A stretch of DNA of 64,000 bases from an uncultured Bacillales bacterium (GCA_947564265.1 CANOBK010000005.1:66548-130547), one strand, 5' to 3'; numbered from the stretch's first letter, positions 10,061 to 20,781 are shown. Made by a program: numbers and translations. Notes: generated by a model not told the origin, from the sequence alone.

Positions 10061-10154
10061 TTTCTTTCCTTTTGTTTTTAAGGGAATTCGCATGAAGTAA
10101 TTGACAAACCTCATGGAAAAATCTATAATGTAAATATAAAATAGTGTAAGGAGA

Positions 10155-11438
10155 ATGCGATTTATGGAACGAAAAATATACCAAGACTTACAGAAGTGGA
10201 AAAAGGATTTAAACAGGAAACCATTATTACTCTATGGAAATAAGCAAGTAGGAAAGACATATACTGCGATTGAATTTGGAGAAAAGGAGTATAAGACTGT
10301 CGCATACATCAACAGTGATAATAATACGGCCTTAAAAAATATGGTTCAAAAAGAAAGAACGACTGATCGATTGATTGCGAGACTTTCTTTATTAGTAGGG
10401 GAATCAATTCTTAAGAATGATACATTAATTATTATTGATAACATCAAGGATGAAGAAATCGTCAAAGGATTTAAAAAATTTGGAACAGAACCTAGTGAGT
10501 ATCATATTATTTTAATCACTTCAAATCGAGAAAAACTCCCTTTATTTAAAGGAGAGGAATTACAATACCGCAATATGTTTGGATTAGACTTTGAAGAGTA
10601 TTTAAAAGCAGTCGGAAACCTAGAATTAATAGAGTTCATTAAAAGTTCTTATCGCAGTAACAAACCAATGCCTTTTCATAATATCGCTATGGACTATTAT
10701 GAAAACTATCTAATGACAGGGGGACTACCAGAAGTAGTGAAGGCAAGTCTAGATAAAGAGTCCGATCTAAAAATCAAGATGATCCAAGAAAAAATACTGG
10801 ATTGTTATAAACGAGAATTATTAAGTATTGATAATTTAATTGATGTTCAAAGAGCGGAAGATGTATTAAATATCCTTCCTTATCAACTTCTAAAATCAAA
10901 TCGTAAGTTTCAATATGGATTAATGCGTACAGGAGGAAGAAGTAAGGATTATGAAAAAGCCCTTGAGTTTTTAAGTAATAATGGGATTGCCTATAAGTGT
11001 TATAAGATTAGTGAAGTGAAGCCTCCACTTAGTCATTGTAAAGACCCAGAAAGTTTCAAATTGTATTTAAATGATACTGGAATTCTTTTCATGATGATGC
11101 ACTTATCAAGGATTAAGCTTTTAAGTGATGATAACTTAAAATATATCCTTTATGAAAACAATATCGCAACTACCATTATTTCTTGTGCCTATAATTTATA
11201 TTATTATCAATCCGAAGGAAAAGCAGAAGTTCCATTTATTGTTCAAACAAGGGCTGGTAAAATTATTCCAATTGAAATTGTGAATAGAAACGTTTCTAAA
11301 GCCAAATCTCTCTCTCTATTTATGAGTAAATTCAATATTCCAGAAGGAATTCGAATTACAGAAGATAATTTTGGAATGAAGAAAAACGTTCGTTATATTC
11401 CGATTTATGCTGCCTTTTGTTTAAAAGAAAGCTTATAA
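10155..11438 (+). CDS. AAA+ ATPase with DUF4143 C-terminal domain (AAA_14/DUF4143 family)
   Basis: Walker A GNKQVGKT; 427 aa; architecture typical of the widespread AAA+DUF4143 ATP-binding proteins. Confidence 0.6.
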   Translation: MRFMERKIYQDLQKWKKDLNRKPLLLYGNKQVGKTYTAIEFGEKEYKTVAYINSDNNTALKNMVQKERTTDRLIARLSLLVGESILKNDTLIIIDNIKDEEIVKGFKKFGTEPSEYHIILITSNREKLPLFKGEELQYRNMFGLDFEEYLKAVGNLELIEFIKSSYRSNKPMPFHNIAMDYYENYLMTGGLPEVVKASLDKESDLKIKMIQEKILDCYKRELLSIDNLIDVQRAEDVLNILPYQLLKSNRKFQYGLMRTGGRSKDYEKALEFLSNNGIAYKCYKISEVKPPLSHCKDPESFKLYLNDTGILFMMMHLSRIKLLSDDNLKYILYENNIATTIISCAYNLYYYQSEGKAEVPFIVQTRAGKIIPIEIVNRNVSKAKSLSLFMSKFNIPEGIRITEDNFGMKKNVRYIPIYAAFCLKESL

Positions 11439-11621
11439 AATGTCCCAATAGTCAAAAGATATAAATAATAATAAGTAGGTATATTTGGATCAAATGTGTT
11501 TATGAAAGAATTAGTAAACAAACTGATTCATATTATTCTAGTTTTAATTCTAGTAATAATAGTTCTAGTAATCTATTTAATAAAACACTAGGCATTCTAG
11601 GGGTTTTGATTAAAAAGAAAA

Positions 11622-11644
11622 AACATTTGATAGAATCAAATGTT
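11622..11644. promoter_or_regulatory. Perfect 9-bp inverted repeat AACATTTGA-N5-TCAAATGTT upstream of gpmI
   Basis: Palindrome seen directly; no T-run follows, so more operator-like than terminator-like. Confidence 0.3.
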
Positions 11645-11803
11645 ACACAAACAGTGGACATTTGGCTCAACTCCAAATGTACCTCTACTTATAATATATA
11701 CTACATATATACTACTTTTTAGATAGATACAAGAGAAAAATATAAAATAGATAAAGGTGCAAGTAGTTTTCGTCTACAAATGTTTAAAAAATGGGAGGTT
11801 AAA

Positions 11804-13303
11804 ATGAAACCAGTATTATTAGCAATCCTGGATGGATTTGGAATTCGAGAAGAAAAATCAGGAAATGCAGTAAAGTTAGCTAAGAAACCAAACTTTGACT
11901 TTTTATGGGAGCATTACCCTCATAGTACTTTAGATGCGAGTGGTGAACCAGTAGGACTTCCAAAAGGACAAATGGGTAATTCTGAAGTAGGACATATGAA
12001 CATTGGGGCTGGAAGATTGGTATATCAGCCTCAGGAATTGATTAACTCTAAAATCAAAGATGGTACCTTCTTTGAAAATTCAGAAATTTTAAAAGTAATT
12101 GAACATACGAAAGAACAAAGTTCTAAATTACATATTATGGGATTAATCAGTGATGGAGGGGTACATTCTCATATTGACCACTTGATGGCTATTTTAGAAA
12201 TGTGCAAAGAAAATAAAGTAAAAAAACTATATCTTCATCTATTTACGGATGGAAGAGACGTAGATAAAAAAAGTGCCTATCAATATATCTCTAAAGTAGA
12301 AGAAAAATTACAGGAAATTGGCATTGGTAAAATTGCAAGTATTGGTGGAAGATATTATGGAATGGATCGAGATAATAACTATGATCGACTAAAAAAAGGA
12401 TATGATGTGATTGTAAATGGAATTGGACCTAAAAAGGATTCAATTCAAGCATTTATTGAGGATAGTTACGAAAATGGGATTACCGATGAATTCTTAATCC
12501 CCACCATCTTTGATGAATCAGGAAATATTGAAGAAAATGATGGAGTCATTGTATTTAATTATAGAAAAGACCGGTTAAGAGAAATTTTAACAGCAATTAC
12601 CAATCCAACATTTAAAGAAATGGAAGTAAAGAGATTTCAGAATGTAAAAGTAGTTACTATGTTACCTGTTGTAGAATCTGTTATCGCACCGCATGCTTTT
12701 AGTGACCCATCATTAAAAAATATTTTAGGGGAATACATCGAGTCTCAAGGACTTTCTCAACTTCGTATTGCAGAAACTGAAAAATATGCCCATGTTACAT
12801 TCTTCTTTGATGGTGGAAAAGAAGTAGACTATCAAAAAGAAAAGAAAATCTTGATTCCTTCTCCAAAAGTGGCAACCTACGACTTAAAACCAGAAATGAG
12901 CATTGTAGAAGTAACAGATTCTTTATTAAAAGAATTAGAGGAAACTCACTATGATGTGATTATCTTAAACTTTGCTAACTGTGATATGGTAGGTCATACA
13001 GGCAGTTTAGATGCTGCGATTCAAGCAGTAGAAGCAGTGGATCAAAATCTAGGAAGAGTCTATGAAAAAATTCAAGAGTTAGGTGGGACTCTTTTAGTAA
13101 CAGCAGATCATGGGAACTGTGAATTAATGATGGACGAAAAAGGCAATGTTATCACTTCTCATACAACCAATAAAGTGCCATTCATCGTGTGTGATAAAAA
13201 ATATCAAGTAAAAGATGGAAAACTTGGAGATATCGCACCAACCATGTTAAAAATTATGAATTTAGAAATTCCAGAAGAAATGACTGGAAACCCTCTTGTA
13301 TAG
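11804..13303 (+). CDS. gpmI: 2,3-bisphosphoglycerate-independent phosphoglycerate mutase
   Basis: Start at MKPVLLAILDGFG with GGGAGG RBS; conserved iPGM motifs including the ADHGN region; ~500 aa. Confidence 0.93.
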   Translation: MKPVLLAILDGFGIREEKSGNAVKLAKKPNFDFLWEHYPHSTLDASGEPVGLPKGQMGNSEVGHMNIGAGRLVYQPQELINSKIKDGTFFENSEILKVIEHTKEQSSKLHIMGLISDGGVHSHIDHLMAILEMCKENKVKKLYLHLFTDGRDVDKKSAYQYISKVEEKLQEIGIGKIASIGGRYYGMDRDNNYDRLKKGYDVIVNGIGPKKDSIQAFIEDSYENGITDEFLIPTIFDESGNIEENDGVIVFNYRKDRLREILTAITNPTFKEMEVKRFQNVKVVTMLPVVESVIAPHAFSDPSLKNILGEYIESQGLSQLRIAETEKYAHVTFFFDGGKEVDYQKEKKILIPSPKVATYDLKPEMSIVEVTDSLLKELEETHYDVIILNFANCDMVGHTGSLDAAIQAVEAVDQNLGRVYEKIQELGGTLLVTADHGNCELMMDEKGNVITSHTTNKVPFIVCDKKYQVKDGKLGDIAPTMLKIMNLEIPEEMTGNPLV

Positions 13304-13317
13304 AAAAAATATCCCAA

Positions 13318-14568
13318 CTAGGATATTTTTTTAATGGCATTAGGATTTGGACAATATGTCGTCATAGTCTCTTCATAATGACGATATCTGTTTAATCTTT
13401 CAAGTAATAAAATTCCACAAGATTGAAATAATTTTTTATCTTCAGAATCTAAAATTACAATTTCTTTTTGATATTCGTTCATAAAATCAAATAGGGAAAG
13501 GAATTCTTTATTTAGAGAAAGATAGAGATCTTTTGTTATGATTTTTTCGATGCGTCTTCCTTCTCCAGAGATAAGAGAGCCCTTAATGATTTCTCTCCCA
13601 GCATAGTAAAATTGTCGAACAATGTTTAAATAAGTAGTATCCATTTGATGATAGAGAGATTTTTCATTATTTACTTTTTGAAAAAGATAATTATAAAACT
13701 GTAGATTTTTTTCATTCCATCGCCGATAGAAGATATCCTCAATGTCATCTGTCATATAATCATTAATAATTTCATAGATAAAATCAGACTCTACAGAATC
13801 AGAAATTCCTCGAGCGAGAATATGTTTCTGATTATCACTACAGATTGCAATTGTTTCGCGACTTAATAAATGATTTGCTTCATGAATTATGGTACGAAGA
13901 GGAATCCCATATCCAAAACATACAATCAAAGAAATTACATCCGTATTGATAAATGTGTGACCAGATTCACTAGTATCCACTTTTCCTAAATGTAGATAAT
14001 TCAATAATAATTTTTTACAAGCATCTTTCTCATCATCGTCTATACCATTAGACCCAACTAAAATAATTTTCTCATCAGGATATTTTTCACAAAGTTTGAA
14101 AACTTCCTCTAAATAAATTAATTTCATCGCATAATACTTGGCATCTATAAAAAGATTCCAAGATAATTCCCTATTTTTTGAAATCAATTCTTCTATTTCT
14201 TGGTTTTCTATTTGAAAGAGACTTTTTTTATTGAAATCTAAATATTTTGAAATCTCACGAAAATCCTTTTGGTGGAGTTTTTTTAAATAGTCCATCTCTT
14301 GCCTTTTTTGAAATTCCGTTAGAGTTCCACTATAATCACAACGAGCGATAATTAAATTAGAAAAAAGAGACTCGATCTTTCCTTTCCAATGTTCTCCATA
14401 ATACTCAATAAAGCTTTGAATTAAGCAATCTTGAACATAATTCGTATAGAAGGATTCTATAATTTTATTGTACATAGTAAAATTATCTTGAGCCATAGAA
14501 ATCATTCCTTTTGCGAATAAGTATATCATGAAAAGCAAAAAAGATTCAATATTCTTGCTTTTTTTCAT
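13318..14568 (-). CDS. Hypothetical protein with HExxH motif (possible metallopeptidase-like)
   Basis: 416 aa, hydrophobic N-terminus, IHEANHLL motif; no family recognised. Confidence 0.35.
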   Translation of the reverse strand: MKKSKNIESFLLFMIYLFAKGMISMAQDNFTMYNKIIESFYTNYVQDCLIQSFIEYYGEHWKGKIESLFSNLIIARCDYSGTLTEFQKRQEMDYLKKLHQKDFREISKYLDFNKKSLFQIENQEIEELISKNRELSWNLFIDAKYYAMKLIYLEEVFKLCEKYPDEKIILVGSNGIDDDEKDACKKLLLNYLHLGKVDTSESGHTFINTDVISLIVCFGYGIPLRTIIHEANHLLSRETIAICSDNQKHILARGISDSVESDFIYEIINDYMTDDIEDIFYRRWNEKNLQFYNYLFQKVNNEKSLYHQMDTTYLNIVRQFYYAGREIIKGSLISGEGRRIEKIITKDLYLSLNKEFLSLFDFMNEYQKEIVILDSEDKKLFQSCGILLLERLNRYRHYEETMTTYCPNPNAIKKIS

Positions 14569-14612
14569 GTTTTGTAGTAAAATATGCTTGCTTTTTAAGA
14601 GGGGGAATTAGT

Positions 14613-15554
14613 ATGAAAAATTTAAAGTTAAGTGTGGGTAGAATTGCACTGGGAGGTATGCTTGCCTTAGGACTAACGAATAGAGTTACGAGTAATGATA
14701 TGGCAACAGTTTATGCTTCTTCGATAGAAGATGACTTAATACCATTTTTAGAAGATGGGAAAGTTTTACAATTGGTTAAACTGGAAGTTGATTCACATTC
14801 TGAAATTTTATTTGGATACTTATATGTACAAGATAACTGCATATTTTTGGAAAATCCATTAAAGGATAAAACTTATAATTTGAGTGAGACAGATAAGAAT
14901 CATAATGTACATATTGCGTACTGTGAAGCAAAACAAGTATTCCCAGAGGAAGTGGCTTCCGATTTTGGAATTACCAAAGAGATGGCAGAAGAAACGGTAA
15001 GTAATATCTTTGTAATCGAAAAAACAGCTAGTAATCAATATTTCCAATTCCCTTACGATACTTTCGCAGGTCCTTTTATTGATAGTGATCAGTTAAAAGA
15101 TGTTAAGAACTATGGAATTTTTGATTCTCCGGATCTTTGGTTCTTTCATGATACTTTTGATGAATCCCAATTAAAGGAACGAAAGGAAAATAAATTAGAA
15201 TTAGGATATTATGAAAATACAGGAATTATTCCTTACTATAGTACGATTTATCAAACGGAACCAAGTGGATTTACAGAAGCCTCAGGAATTATTAGTAAAT
15301 ATTATATGTTTGATGAGATGGGTAATAAAGTTGCTTCCTTTGATACACAGAAAGACCTAGAAAAATTCTTAGAGGAAAATTCATGTTTAGATGAGTATAC
15401 TTGGAAAGCAGCCCTTTGTACAAATGGAGATGTCGATGACTTGTTAGATCAAATTATGAATGACCATGCGATTTCCAGTGAAAATGCAGCATACTTTATT
15501 GATTATGATATTTCGACTACAACTAATTCAAAGAGAAAACGTTATAATAATTAA
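14613..15554 (+). CDS. Secreted hypothetical protein
   Basis: N-terminal signal peptide (GRIALGGMLALGL); no recognisable domain; divergently transcribed from the 13318-14568 gene. Confidence 0.45.
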   Translation: MKNLKLSVGRIALGGMLALGLTNRVTSNDMATVYASSIEDDLIPFLEDGKVLQLVKLEVDSHSEILFGYLYVQDNCIFLENPLKDKTYNLSETDKNHNVHIAYCEAKQVFPEEVASDFGITKEMAEETVSNIFVIEKTASNQYFQFPYDTFAGPFIDSDQLKDVKNYGIFDSPDLWFFHDTFDESQLKERKENKLELGYYENTGIIPYYSTIYQTEPSGFTEASGIISKYYMFDEMGNKVASFDTQKDLEKFLEENSCLDEYTWKAALCTNGDVDDLLDQIMNDHAISSENAAYFIDYDISTTTNSKRKRYNN

Positions 15555-15786
15555 ATTAAATAGTTTTAATGATAAATTCATAGAAATTTAGAATGTGAAT
15601 TTATCATTTTTTTATTGTAATAAAAATAGAATGAAAAAGGGAATCCATAAAATAGAAAATTGTTCTGGTAAAAAATTGATAAAGAATGCAATAGAGAAAA
15701 TGAAGAAAATTGTAACTTACTAATTTTAATTTAATATCTAAAAAAGTAAATCCAAATAAAAAATTAAATAAAAATTGAAAAAAGAC

Positions 15787-15815
15787 TTGCGAAACAAAAG
15801 GGGCTATGCTATAAT
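15787..15815 (+). promoter_or_regulatory. SigA-type promoter of the S10 ribosomal operon (TTGCGA-N17-TATAAT)
   Basis: -35 TTGCGA at 15787-15792, -10 TATAAT at 15810-15815, 17-nt spacer; ~120-nt leader precedes rpsJ. Confidence 0.6.
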
Positions 15816-15937
15816 TTAATGCGTGTGGCTGCTTAGATGTGGGAGGTTGTCGATACACCGGGTTAAGTTGTTCGGTGAAATCGGGTGATTCACACGGAGC
15901 AAGTCTATACTAGATATAGGCGAAGGGAGGATTCAAT

Positions 15938-16255
15938 ATGTCAAAAGACAAGATTCGCGTAAACTTAAAAGCATACGATCATAGAATTCTAGATAATGCT
16001 GCAAAGAAAATTGTGGAAACAGTAAAAAGAACTGGAGGAGAAATCAGTGGGCCAGTACCACTTCCAACAGAAATTGAAAAATACACAATTTTAAGAGCTG
16101 TTCATAAATATAAAGACAGCCGTGAGCAATTCGAAATGCGTACGCACAAGAGACTAATTGATATCAAAAATCCAAGCAAGGAAACTGTAGATGCATTAGC
16201 ACACTTAGATTTACCAAGCGGTGTTGATATTCAAATCAAAGTACAACAAAATTAA
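15938..16255 (+). CDS. rpsJ: 30S ribosomal protein S10
   Basis: Conserved S10 sequence and gene order. Confidence 0.97.
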   Translation: MSKDKIRVNLKAYDHRILDNAAKKIVETVKRTGGEISGPVPLPTEIEKYTILRAVHKYKDSREQFEMRTHKRLIDIKNPSKETVDALAHLDLPSGVDIQIKVQQN

Positions 16256-16270
16256 TAGGAGGAAAAAAAT

Positions 16271-17074
16271 ATGAAAGGAATCTTAGGTAGAAAAGTCGGA
16301 ATGACTCAAGTATTTACTACAAATGGTAAATTAATTCCGGTTACTGTAATCGAAGTACAACCTAACGTAGTTACTCAAATCAAAACAGTAGAAACTGACG
16401 GTTACAATGCGATTCAATTAGGATATGAAACAATCAAACCTAAAAACAGTAACAAACCAAAAATGGGTCATACAAAGAAAGCAAATACAGAACCTAAGCG
16501 CTTCTTAAGAGAGATTAGGGGAGTAAACATCGAAGATTACACATTAGGTCAAGAACTAAATGCTAGTGTATTCACAAAAGGAGAAGTTGTTGATGTTAGC
16601 GGAATCAGTAAAGGTAAAGGATTCCAAGGTGTAATCAAAAGACACAATCAATCACGTGGGCCAATGGGACATGGTTCTCAATATCATAGAGGAGTAGGTT
16701 CTCTTGGTACAATGTTACCAATGCACGTATTAAAAGGAAAGAAACTTCCTGGACATATGGGTAATGTAATGACTACTGTTCAAAATCTTGAAGTAGTAGA
16801 TGTTGATTTAGAAAACAACGTTATTTTAGTAAAAGGTAACGTTCCAGGTCCTAAAAAATCTTTAGTTATGATTAGAACTTCAGTAAAAAAGGGAGAAAAA
16901 GTAAACGAAATGGAAGAGTTAATTACTTATGAAGTAGTAGAAGAAGCTACAGAAGAAGTAGTAACTGATACCGAAGAAGTAGTAGAAGAGGCTGTAACAG
17001 AAGAAAATGTTACAGAAGAGGCTACAGAAGAAGCTCCAGTTGCTGAAGAATCAAGCGAAGAAGTAAGCGAATAA
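16271..17074 (+). CDS. rplC: 50S ribosomal protein L3 with ~50-aa acidic low-complexity C-terminal extension
   Basis: L3 body conserved through ...IRTSVKK, then in-frame EE[AV]TEEVV repeats up to the stop at 17074. Confidence 0.9.
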   Translation: MKGILGRKVGMTQVFTTNGKLIPVTVIEVQPNVVTQIKTVETDGYNAIQLGYETIKPKNSNKPKMGHTKKANTEPKRFLREIRGVNIEDYTLGQELNASVFTKGEVVDVSGISKGKGFQGVIKRHNQSRGPMGHGSQYHRGVGSLGTMLPMHVLKGKKLPGHMGNVMTTVQNLEVVDVDLENNVILVKGNVPGPKKSLVMIRTSVKKGEKVNEMEELITYEVVEEATEEVVTDTEEVVEEAVTEENVTEEATEEAPVAEESSEEVSE

Positions 17075-17129
17075 TCATCACAGGAACTAAATAAATAAAA
17101 AAGAAATGTGATGGAAGGAGGAATTAAAG

Positions 17130-17726
17130 ATGGAAAAACTAAAGGACGTTAAATTAAATAAAGAATTAACAAGTATTGAACCTAATCAAAATGTTTTATT
17201 TGATGCCATTATCTTATCTCAAGCATCATTAAGACAAGGAACTCATTCAACAAAAACTCGTAGTGAAGTACGTGGTGGTGGTAGAAAACCATGGCGTCAA
17301 AAAGGAACAGGACATGCTCGTCAAGGGTCAATTCGTGCTGTTCAATGGGTAGGTGGAGGAAGATATGGTACTCCAGTTCCTAGAGACTACAGTATTAAAC
17401 AAAATCGTAAAGAAAGAAGATTAGCTTTACAAACTGCTTTCTTAAACTTATACAATGAGAAAGCAATCGTAGTTGTTGACGAATTAAAAGTAGCAACTCC
17501 AAAAACAAAAGAAATGGTAGAAATCTTAAATACATTAGAAATCGCTGATAAGAAAGTCTTAGTAGTAGTAAATGAACTAGACGAAAACTTAATTCTAGCA
17601 TCTAGAAACTTAAGAAACGTAATGGTAATCGAACCAGTAGAGATGAATGTATTAGATTTAGTAAATGCTTCAGTCGTATTAACGACGAAAGAAACATTAA
17701 AAGAAATCGAGGAGGTGCTTAAGTAA
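17130..17726 (+). CDS. rplD: 50S ribosomal protein L4
   Basis: Conserved L4 sequence and gene order. Confidence 0.95.
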   Translation: MEKLKDVKLNKELTSIEPNQNVLFDAIILSQASLRQGTHSTKTRSEVRGGGRKPWRQKGTGHARQGSIRAVQWVGGGRYGTPVPRDYSIKQNRKERRLALQTAFLNLYNEKAIVVVDELKVATPKTKEMVEILNTLEIADKKVLVVVNELDENLILASRNLRNVMVIEPVEMNVLDLVNASVVLTTKETLKEIEEVLK

Positions 17727-18007
17727 TGGATACAAAGTATTTAGAAATCATTAAAGCGCCAGTCATTACTGAAAAATCTGGAAATCTTGCTCAAGGAAAT
17801 CAATATGTATTCAAAGTTGATTCAAGAGCCAACAAAACAGAAATCAAACAAGCAATTGAAAAAATATTTAACGTAAAAGTCGAAGCAATTCGTACAATCA
17901 ACGTAAAACCTAAGAAAAGAAGAGTTGGTCGTTATACAGGATTAACAAATCGTACAAAGAAAGCGATTGTTACTTTAGCAGAAGGTCAACAAATCGAACT
18001 TAATTAG
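17726..18007 (+). CDS. rplW: 50S ribosomal protein L23
   Basis: Conserved sequence and gene order. Confidence 0.95.
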   Translation: MDTKYLEIIKAPVITEKSGNLAQGNQYVFKVDSRANKTEIKQAIEKIFNVKVEAIRTINVKPKKRRVGRYTGLTNRTKKAIVTLAEGQQIELN

Positions 18008-18021
18008 AAGGAGGGTTACTC

Positions 18022-18852
18022 ATGCCAGTAAAAAGCTACAGACCAATTACTAACGGGCAAAGAAAAAAGAGTACTTTAGTAAATACTGATATTACGAAAA
18101 AGACTCCAGAAAAAAGTTTAGTAGTTAGTCTAAAGAAAAATGGTGGTCGTAACAATCAAGGTAGAATTACTGTAAGACATCAAGGTGGAGGAGCAAAAAG
18201 AAAATACAGAATTATCGATTTCAAAAGAAATAAACGCGATATTCCTGGAACAGTAGCTGCCATTGAATACGATCCAAACAGAACTGCAAATATTGCATTA
18301 ATTCATTATAACGATGGTGAAAAGAGATATATCATCGCTCCAAAAGGTTTAACAGTAGGAAGTAAAATTGAAAGCGGTGAAAACGCTGATATCAAAGTTG
18401 GTAACGCATTACCAATTATGAACATTCCTGTTGGTACAATGATTCATAACATTGAACTTCGTCCAGGAAAAGGTGGAGAACTAGCAAGAAGTGCTGGAGC
18501 ATCTGCTCAAATCTTAGGACGTGAAGGAAATTACGTAATGGTAAGACTTTCTAGCGGTGAACAAAGATTAATTCTTGGAACATGCTACGCAACAATCGGT
18601 GCTGTAGGAAATGAAGATCAAGAATTAGTAAGATTAGGAAAAGCAGGACGTAAACGTCATATGGGAATTCGCCCAACAGTACGTGGATCTGTTATGAACC
18701 CTAATGATCACCCACATGGTGGTGGTGAGGGACGTGCGCCAATCGGTCGTAAAGGTCCAGTTACTCCTTGGGGTAAACCAGCACTTGGATACAAAACTAG
18801 AAAGAAGAAAACGTCTGATAAATTTATCGTTCGTCGTCGTAATAGTAAATAG
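18022..18852 (+). CDS. rplB: 50S ribosomal protein L2
   Basis: Conserved L2 motifs (HPHGGGEG). Confidence 0.97.
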   Translation: MPVKSYRPITNGQRKKSTLVNTDITKKTPEKSLVVSLKKNGGRNNQGRITVRHQGGGAKRKYRIIDFKRNKRDIPGTVAAIEYDPNRTANIALIHYNDGEKRYIIAPKGLTVGSKIESGENADIKVGNALPIMNIPVGTMIHNIELRPGKGGELARSAGASAQILGREGNYVMVRLSSGEQRLILGTCYATIGAVGNEDQELVRLGKAGRKRHMGIRPTVRGSVMNPNDHPHGGGEGRAPIGRKGPVTPWGKPALGYKTRKKKTSDKFIVRRRNSK

Positions 18853-18870
18853 GAAAGGATTGAGTGATTT

Positions 18871-19137
18871 ATGGCAAGAAGTTTAAAGAAAAAGCCTTAT
18901 GTATTCGCAAGATTACTAGCTAAGGTAGAAAAATTAAATGAATCTGGAAAAAAAGAAGTCATTAAAACATGGTCACGTCGTTCAACTATCTATCCTGCAT
19001 TTATTGGACATACATTCGCAGTACATAACGGAAAAGAATTTATTCCAGTTTATGTAACCGAAGATATGGTAGGACACAAGCTTGGAGAATTTTCACAAAC
19101 TCGTAAGTTTGGTGGACACGGCGATAATAAGAAATAG
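18871..19137 (+). CDS. rpsS: 30S ribosomal protein S19
   Basis: TWSRRSTI motif. Confidence 0.96.
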   Translation: MARSLKKKPYVFARLLAKVEKLNESGKKEVIKTWSRRSTIYPAFIGHTFAVHNGKEFIPVYVTEDMVGHKLGEFSQTRKFGGHGDNKK

Positions 19138-19156
19138 TGACTAGGAGGAGAATAAT

Positions 19157-19489
19157 ATGGAAGCAAGAGCAATCGCAAAAACTCTTAGAGTATCACCTAT
19201 TAAAGCTCGTTTAGTAGTAGATTTAATTCGTGGTAAAAATGTTAACGATGCATTAGTAATATTAAATAATATGAATAAAAAATCTGCTCGTCTTACAAAG
19301 AAAGTTCTAGAATCTGCTACTGCCAACGCAGTAAACAACAATGGGGCAAAACAAGAAGAACTTTATGTAAAAGAAGCAAGAGTAGATGCTGGTCCAGTAT
19401 TAAAACGTCATATGTTTGATTCACGTAGTCATATTGGACATAAAGATAAAAGAACAAGTCACATCGTAATTGTTGTGGCTACTAGATAA
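19157..19489 (+). CDS. rplV: 50S ribosomal protein L22
   Basis: Conserved sequence and gene order. Confidence 0.95.
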   Translation: MEARAIAKTLRVSPIKARLVVDLIRGKNVNDALVILNNMNKKSARLTKKVLESATANAVNNNGAKQEELYVKEARVDAGPVLKRHMFDSRSHIGHKDKRTSHIVIVVATR

Positions 19490-19506
19490 CTGGAGGAGGT
19501 TAAATC

Positions 19507-20160
19507 ATGGGTCAAAAGGTGAATCCAAATGGACTTAGACTTGGAATAAACAAAGACTGGGACTCAAAATGGTATGCGAATCGAAAAGATTATTCAAGAT
19601 TATTAAATAACGATATCAAAATTCGTGAATATTTTGAAAAGAATCTAAAAGATGCAGCTATTGCAAAAGTACAAGTTGAAAGAAATTCTAAGAGAACTGA
19701 AATCATTGTTCATACTGCAAAACCTGGTGTAATCATCGGACGTGGTGGTGAACAAATCGAAAAATTAAAGAAAGAAATTTCAAAACTAGTAAACGAAGAA
19801 ATTCAAATTTCAATCGTAGATATCAAAAAACCTGATATGAATGCACAAATCGTTGCAGATTCAATCGCAAATCAAATTACAAACCGTGCATCATTCAGAA
19901 TGGCACAAAAAAGAGCAATTCGTAATGCAATGAAATCAGGAGCTAAGGGTATTAAAACATTAGTATCTGGACGTCTTGGTGGAGCAGATATGGCTCGTAG
20001 TGAAGGATATACCGAAGGAACAATTCCTCTACATACTTTAAGAGCAGATATCGATTATGCTACAAGTGAGGCTGATACAACATTTGGAAAAATCGGTGTA
20101 AAAGTATGGATCTACAAAGGAGAAATTCTTCCATCAAAAAAGGCTAAAGGAGGTAATTAA
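19507..20160 (+). CDS. rpsC: 30S ribosomal protein S3
   Basis: KH domain and S3 C-terminal region conserved. Confidence 0.96.
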   Translation: MGQKVNPNGLRLGINKDWDSKWYANRKDYSRLLNNDIKIREYFEKNLKDAAIAKVQVERNSKRTEIIVHTAKPGVIIGRGGEQIEKLKKEISKLVNEEIQISIVDIKKPDMNAQIVADSIANQITNRASFRMAQKRAIRNAMKSGAKGIKTLVSGRLGGADMARSEGYTEGTIPLHTLRADIDYATSEADTTFGKIGVKVWIYKGEILPSKKAKGGN

Positions 20161-20162
20161 TT

Positions 20163-20594
20163 ATGTTAATCCCATCAAGAACAAAATATCGTCGTGTTCA
20201 TAGATTACCTTACGAAGGTCATGCAAAAGGAAATACAAAACTAGACAAAGGTGACTATGGATTAATGGCAAAAGAAGGAGCTTGGATTACATCAAATCAA
20301 ATCGAAGCAGCCCGTATTGCCATGACACGTTATATGAAACGTGGTGGAAAAGTATGGATTAATATTTTCCCACACATGCCTTTAACAAAGAAGTCAATTG
20401 GTACTCGTCAAGGAAAAGGTAAAGGTAACGTTGAAGCATGGGTAGCTGTAGTAAAAGAAGGAAAGATAATGTTCGAAATCAAAGGAGTAGACGAAGAAGT
20501 CGCTCGTGAGGCATTAAGACTTGCTTCTCACAAACTACCTATCAAAACAAAATTCGTTATGAGAGAAAATGGTGGTGAAGAAAATGAAGGTTAA
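20163..20594 (+). CDS. rplP: 50S ribosomal protein L16
   Basis: Conserved sequence and gene order. Confidence 0.96.
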   Translation: MLIPSRTKYRRVHRLPYEGHAKGNTKLDKGDYGLMAKEGAWITSNQIEAARIAMTRYMKRGGKVWINIFPHMPLTKKSIGTRQGKGKGNVEAWVAVVKEGKIMFEIKGVDEEVAREALRLASHKLPIKTKFVMRENGGEENEG

Positions 20595-20781
20595 GGAAAT
20601 AAGAGAACTAACCACTGAAGAAATTGTTGCAAAAATTAAGGAATGTAAAGAAGAATTATTCAACTTAAAATTCCAACAAGCAACAGGAAATTTAGAAAAA
20701 CCTTCAAGAATCAGAGATTTACGTCATACAGTAGCTCGTTTAAAAACAGTACTACGTGAACGTGAGTTAGAAGAAAAATAA
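20584..20781 (+). CDS. rpmC: 50S ribosomal protein L29
   Basis: Start set at MKVKEIREL, overlapping the rplP 3' end by 11 nt; the ORF track begins at 20569. Confidence 0.9.
   Translation: MKVKEIRELTTEEIVAKIKECKEELFNLKFQQATGNLEKPSRIRDLRHTVARLKTVLRERELEEK

Noticed and set aside
15604-15858. 84-aa minus-strand ORF upstream of rpsJ
   Set aside because: It overlaps the S10-operon promoter and leader, has an extremely A/T-rich low-complexity translation and no RBS; more likely non-coding.
16890-17074. Whether the L3 acidic tail is a separate small gene or a frameshift artefact
   Set aside because: No stop codon or start/RBS separates it from the L3 body in this sequence, so it is reported as an in-frame extension; the assembly-error possibility is left as a check in the finding.
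17395-17601. Antisense ORFs inside ribosomal protein genes (for example 17395-17601, 19141-19341, 21043-21276, 21304-21609, 21852-22106, 23038-23223, 23379-23741, 24109-24327, 24413-24656)
   Set aside because: They fall entirely within highly conserved, strongly coding plus-strand genes, are low-complexity, and have no RBS; these are shadow ORFs.
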